Part shown: positions 7,314-10,738 of the stretch, one piece after another
Numbering within the stretch: the first letter of the stretch is position 1
How the letters are laid out: every line of letters starts with the position of its first letter
UHGV virus genome: UHGV-1751350
Reading direction: 5' to 3' (one strand)
Source of the DNA: a virus
DNA length: 10,738 bases
The notes under the pieces: generated by a model
What the model saw: only the letters and a program-made list of their open reading frames with translations
What the model was told of the DNA's origin: nothing
Databases searched by the model: none
Position numbers and translations under genes: made by a program

Positions 7314-9213
7314 TAATTTTCAGCTGAAAGCCATCATCACCGCCGTTGACAGGCTATCCGGCCCGCTTAAAGGTATGCAGCGTCAGCTTAAGGGATTTCA
7401 GAAAGAAGTCTCCAGCCTTGCTCTGGGTGCTGCCGGGGCGGGTACTGCAATAATGGGGGCACTGGCACTCCCTGTAAAATCAGCCATCACCCTTGAATCG
7501 AAGATGGCTGATGTCCGCAAAGTGGTGGACGGTCTGGATACGCCGGATGCATTTAAGGCCATGACGGAGCAGGTACGCGCTTTGTCTACAGAGCTTCCCA
7601 TGTCTGCAGACGGGATCGCGGAAATTGTGGCGGCTGGCGGTCAGGCCGGGATTGCACGTGATGAACTGATGCAGTTTGCCACTGATGCGGTGAAGATGGG
7701 CGTGGCCTTTGATACAACGGCTGAAGAGTCCGGGCAGATGATGGCCCAGTGGCGTACTGCGTTTAATATGACGCAGGATGAAGTGGCCGGGCTGGCTGAC
7801 AAAATCAACTACCTTGGTAATACCGGCCCGGCGAATGCGAAGAAAATCTCCGATATTGTTACGCGTATTGGTCCTTTAGGTGGTGTTGCAGGTGTGGCTT
7901 CCGGCGAAATTGCGGCAATGGGGGCAACCATTGCCGGGATGGGCGTGGAGTCAGAAATTGCCGCCACAGGGATCAAGAACTTCATGCTTTCCCTGACCGC
8001 GGGAAATTCTGCGACAAAATCGCAGAAACAGGCATTGCGTTTTCTGCGGATCAATCCGAAGAAATTAGCTGCTGATATGCAGAAAGATGCCCGGGGCACC
8101 ATGCTGTCTGTACTGGATGCGATGGCTAAAGTGCCTAAAGAAAAACGGGCCGCTGTGCTGAATGCCCTGTTCGGGAAAGAGTCTCTGGGCGCGATAGCAC
8201 CTCTGCTGACTAACCTTGATTTGTTGCGTACCAACTTCAGGCGGGTTGCGGATTCCCAGCAGTATGGCAGTTCGATGCAGAAGGAATATGCTTCGAGGGC
8301 AGCGACGACGGAAAACCAGCTTTTACTTCTGCAAAATCAACTTGATGCCATTTCTTCCACGCTGGGGGAAACGTTTCTTCCTGAGGTTAATGATGGTCTT
8401 GAAGCGGTAAAACCGCTCCTTGAGGAAGTGAGAACGTTTGTCCGTGAAAACCCGGAGCTCGTTAAGACCATTGCTAAAATCGGTCTGGCCTTACTGACGG
8501 TGGGAGCCGCTGCAGGCTCTTTGTCCAGAATTATGAAAGTTCTCGGCGGTGTGATGAATATGACGCCAGCTAAGGGGCTGATTGCTCTTCTGGTTGGTGG
8601 CGCTTACCTCATTATTGATAACTGGGAAACCGTAGGCCCTGTCATAAAAAAAGTCTGGCACGTGGTGGATGAAACGGCGCAGGCGATGGGGGGATGGGAA
8701 ACTGTTCTGAAAGCGATTGCCCTGTTTATGGCAACCAAATGGGTTGCTGACGTTACCAAATCCATTACCGCAGTGACCAGAGAGATGCGTACGCTGGGGA
8801 AGGTATCGGCAGAAACGGGATTGATGGGGAAAGGCCGCGGCTTTATCGGGAAGGCCGGGGGATATGGTTTTCTGGGAACCCTGATGTATGAGCCGGTTAA
8901 AGATACTCTGGAAAGTGTTGTTCCTGAAGATACGGTTAACTGGCTGGATAATAAAGGGCTGTTTCTGGCTTCAGACTGGACGCCTTTTTTTGATCGTAAA
9001 GAGTACGAGCAGTATCAGGCCAGCCTGAGCCAGTACAAACCCAATGTTCCGCTGTTGAATCCATCTTCTTCCATGACACAGCACAGCGAACTGAAAGTCA
9101 CGTTCGAGAATGCTCCGCCAGGTATGAAGATAATTGATGTACCGGGCAAAGCCGATCCCCTGATGAAAATCACGCACGATGTGGGGTATTCCCCTTTTCG
9201 TTTTCCACGATAA
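7306..9213 (+). CDS. Tail tape measure protein
   Basis: 635-aa ORF with GAGGAG upstream, directly after the chaperone. Ala/Gly-rich and predicted helical, with a hydrophobic Gly-rich segment (IAKIGLALLTVGAAAGSL…GLIALLVGGAYLII) typical of tape measure proteins. Largest gene in the tail module. Confidence 0.85.
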   Translation: MADNFQLKAIITAVDRLSGPLKGMQRQLKGFQKEVSSLALGAAGAGTAIMGALALPVKSAITLESKMADVRKVVDGLDTPDAFKAMTEQVRALSTELPMSADGIAEIVAAGGQAGIARDELMQFATDAVKMGVAFDTTAEESGQMMAQWRTAFNMTQDEVAGLADKINYLGNTGPANAKKISDIVTRIGPLGGVAGVASGEIAAMGATIAGMGVESEIAATGIKNFMLSLTAGNSATKSQKQALRFLRINPKKLAADMQKDARGTMLSVLDAMAKVPKEKRAAVLNALFGKESLGAIAPLLTNLDLLRTNFRRVADSQQYGSSMQKEYASRAATTENQLLLLQNQLDAISSTLGETFLPEVNDGLEAVKPLLEEVRTFVRENPELVKTIAKIGLALLTVGAAAGSLSRIMKVLGGVMNMTPAKGLIALLVGGAYLIIDNWETVGPVIKKVWHVVDETAQAMGGWETVLKAIALFMATKWVADVTKSITAVTREMRTLGKVSAETGLMGKGRGFIGKAGGYGFLGTLMYEPVKDTLESVVPEDTVNWLDNKGLFLASDWTPFFDRKEYEQYQASLSQYKPNVPLLNPSSSMTQHSELKVTFENAPPGMKIIDVPGKADPLMKITHDVGYSPFRFPR

Positions 9214-9237
9214 TGCAGTCCTTTTTGAGGTCAGTCT

Positions 9238-10614
9238 ATGGATTTATCCTCATTTCCCACCCGACCTTCATTACTTTCGTCGTCTTCAGGCTGGCGTGAC
9301 AGACTTCAGGACGCGTCATTTCGCGGCGTGCCGTTTAAGGTTGAAGAAGAAAGTGCGGGAACCGGTCGCCGTGTGGAAACACATGAATACCCGAACCGCG
9401 ACAAACCCTATACCGAAGACCTGGGGAAAATCACTTTTCGCCCGTCCATCACGGCTTATGTGGTGGGAGATGACTGCTTTGACCAGCGCGATCGCCTGAT
9501 TGACGCGCTGAATAAACCCGGTCCCGGCACGCTTGTCCATCCGACATACGGTGAGCTGAAAGTCTGTGTTGACGGGGAGGTTCGGGTCAGCACATCGAAG
9601 AGTGAAGGGCGTATTGTCCGCTTTGACCTGAAGTTTGTCGAAGCGGGAGAACTCTCTTACCCCACATCAGGTGCGGCGACGGCGCAGACGCTGATGTCAT
9701 CCTGTTCTGCACTGGATGACTGCATCAGTGACAGTTTCAGTGGTTTCAGTATCGATGGCGTGGCAGATTTTGTGCAGAACGACGTCGTCGGTAATGCCAG
9801 CACAATGCTTGGGTATGTTTCTGATGCGATGAAAGTGGTGGATTCTGCCGTATCGGATGCCGCCAGGCTGTTGCAGGGGGATATCTCGGTACTTCTGCCG
9901 CCGCCATCGTCAGGCAAAAATTTCGTTGAGCAGGTGCAGAAAATGTGGCGTACCGGGAAACGCCTTTATGGTAACGCCAGCGACCTGGTCACCATGATCA
10001 AAACGCTTTCCGGTGTCAGCCTCGGCAGCGATCTGCAACCGCGCGGCGTCTGGAAAACGGACAGTAAAACTACCGCTACGGCGACGCAGCAGCGTAACGT
10101 GGTTGCCAGCACCCTTCGTACGACCGCAATCAGCGAAGCGGCGTATGCCGTCACACGATTGCCTGCGCCAACAACTTCCGCGGTGATGCAGAATGCCGCA
10201 ATGGGGCAGGCAACAACACCTGCGCAGAGCACTGGCTGGCCTTCCGTCACGCATCCGGCACTGAACAATGCACCGGCGGTGAAAAGCACGGTTGACCTGC
10301 CGACGTGGGAAGAACTGACTGACATTCGCGACACACTGAATACGACAATTGATAAGGAGTTGTCCCGTACAACCAGTGATGCGCTGTTTCTGGCGCTGCG
10401 CCGGGTGAAAGCAGATCTGAATGCGGATATCAACATGCGCCTTGAACAGTCTGCGCGGATCATTCAGCGCACACCGGATGAGGTTTTACCCGCGCTGGTG
10501 CTGGCGGCGACCTGGTTTGATAACGCGGCGCGTGACGCGGACATTATCCGGCGTAATGCCATTACGCATCCCGGCTTTGTGCCGGTGATCCCTCTGAAGG
10601 TGCCAGTGCAATGA
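9238..10614 (+). CDS. DNA circularization protein (Mu gpN-like)
   Basis: 458-aa ORF directly after the tape measure gene. The N-terminal region (WRDRLQDASFRGVPFKVEEESAGTGRRVETHEYPNRDKPYTEDLGKITF) matches what I recognise as the conserved N-terminal domain of Mu gpN-type proteins. GAGG upstream of the ATG. Confidence 0.75.
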   Translation: MDLSSFPTRPSLLSSSSGWRDRLQDASFRGVPFKVEEESAGTGRRVETHEYPNRDKPYTEDLGKITFRPSITAYVVGDDCFDQRDRLIDALNKPGPGTLVHPTYGELKVCVDGEVRVSTSKSEGRIVRFDLKFVEAGELSYPTSGAATAQTLMSSCSALDDCISDSFSGFSIDGVADFVQNDVVGNASTMLGYVSDAMKVVDSAVSDAARLLQGDISVLLPPPSSGKNFVEQVQKMWRTGKRLYGNASDLVTMIKTLSGVSLGSDLQPRGVWKTDSKTTATATQQRNVVASTLRTTAISEAAYAVTRLPAPTTSAVMQNAAMGQATTPAQSTGWPSVTHPALNNAPAVKSTVDLPTWEELTDIRDTLNTTIDKELSRTTSDALFLALRRVKADLNADINMRLEQSARIIQRTPDEVLPALVLAATWFDNAARDADIIRRNAITHPGFVPVIPLKVPVQ

Positions 10615-10738
10615 ACGACAATGTCACGCTACGGATAAATGGCCGGGAGTGGAATGGCTGGACATCGGTGCGCATCGGTGCCGGTATTGAACGGCTGGCG
10701 CGGGATTTCAGTGTGGAGATCACCCGCCAGTGGCCGGG
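10611..10738 (+). CDS. Baseplate hub protein (Mu gpP / P2 gpD-like), N-terminal fragment; 3' end outside the window
   Basis: ATG at 10611 overlaps the gpN-like stop (ATGA). Translation MNDNVTLRINGREWNGWTSVRIGAGIERLARDFSVEITRQWP runs to the window end. Gene order (tape measure, gpN, gpP) matches Mu-like tails. Confidence 0.5.
   Translation, partial: MNDNVTLRINGREWNGWTSVRIGAGIERLARDFSVEITRQWP

Noticed and set aside
7398-8410. ORFs inside the tape measure gene (7398..7601 -, 7809..8234 -, 8216..8410 +)
   Set aside because: Contained within the tape measure coding region in other frames or antisense, with low-complexity translations. No evidence of embedded genes.
9179-9499. 106-aa + strand ORF spanning the tape measure 3' end and the gpN-like 5' end in another frame
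   Set aside because: It overlaps two well-supported genes out of frame. The gpN-like gene has a proper RBS and a recognisable N-terminal domain starting at 9238. Spurious.
1-10738. Search for CRISPR repeats, tRNA/rRNA, IS elements, integrase, toxin-antitoxin or defence/anti-defence cassettes
   Set aside because: No regularly spaced direct repeats, no tRNA-like structures, no transposase or integrase-like ORFs and no intergenic space large enough for cargo were seen. Every sizeable + strand ORF fits a virion structural or assembly role. I cannot support a claim of a novel system in this window.

Overview
This window is one co-directional (+ strand) block of tailed-phage late/morphogenesis genes, most likely part of a prophage or phage genome of an enterobacterial-type host. 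Assignments rest on reading the translated ORFs for family-typical motifs, not on any database search. Gene order is: portal (5' end outside the window), prohead protease, HK97-fold major capsid protein, a hairpin, a small unknown ORF, head-tail connector, head closure protein, two neck/tail-terminator-like proteins, a small ORF missing from the ORF track, tail sheath (reading frame broken), tail tube, tail assembly chaperone with a candidate programmed -1 frameshift, tape measure protein, a Mu gpN-like DNA circularization protein, and the start of a baseplate hub gene. The architecture is a mosaic of an HK97-like head and a Mu-like contractile tail, as known from SfV-type phages. Genes are tightly packed with ATGA/GTGA/TAATG overlaps, and all minus-strand ORFs look like shadows of the + strand genes. 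I see no CRISPR array, tRNA, rRNA, integrase, transposase or recognisable defence or anti-defence cassette. I could not identify a novel system here; the points most worth a second look are the broken sheath gene, the T7 slippery site in the chaperone, and two small ORFs.
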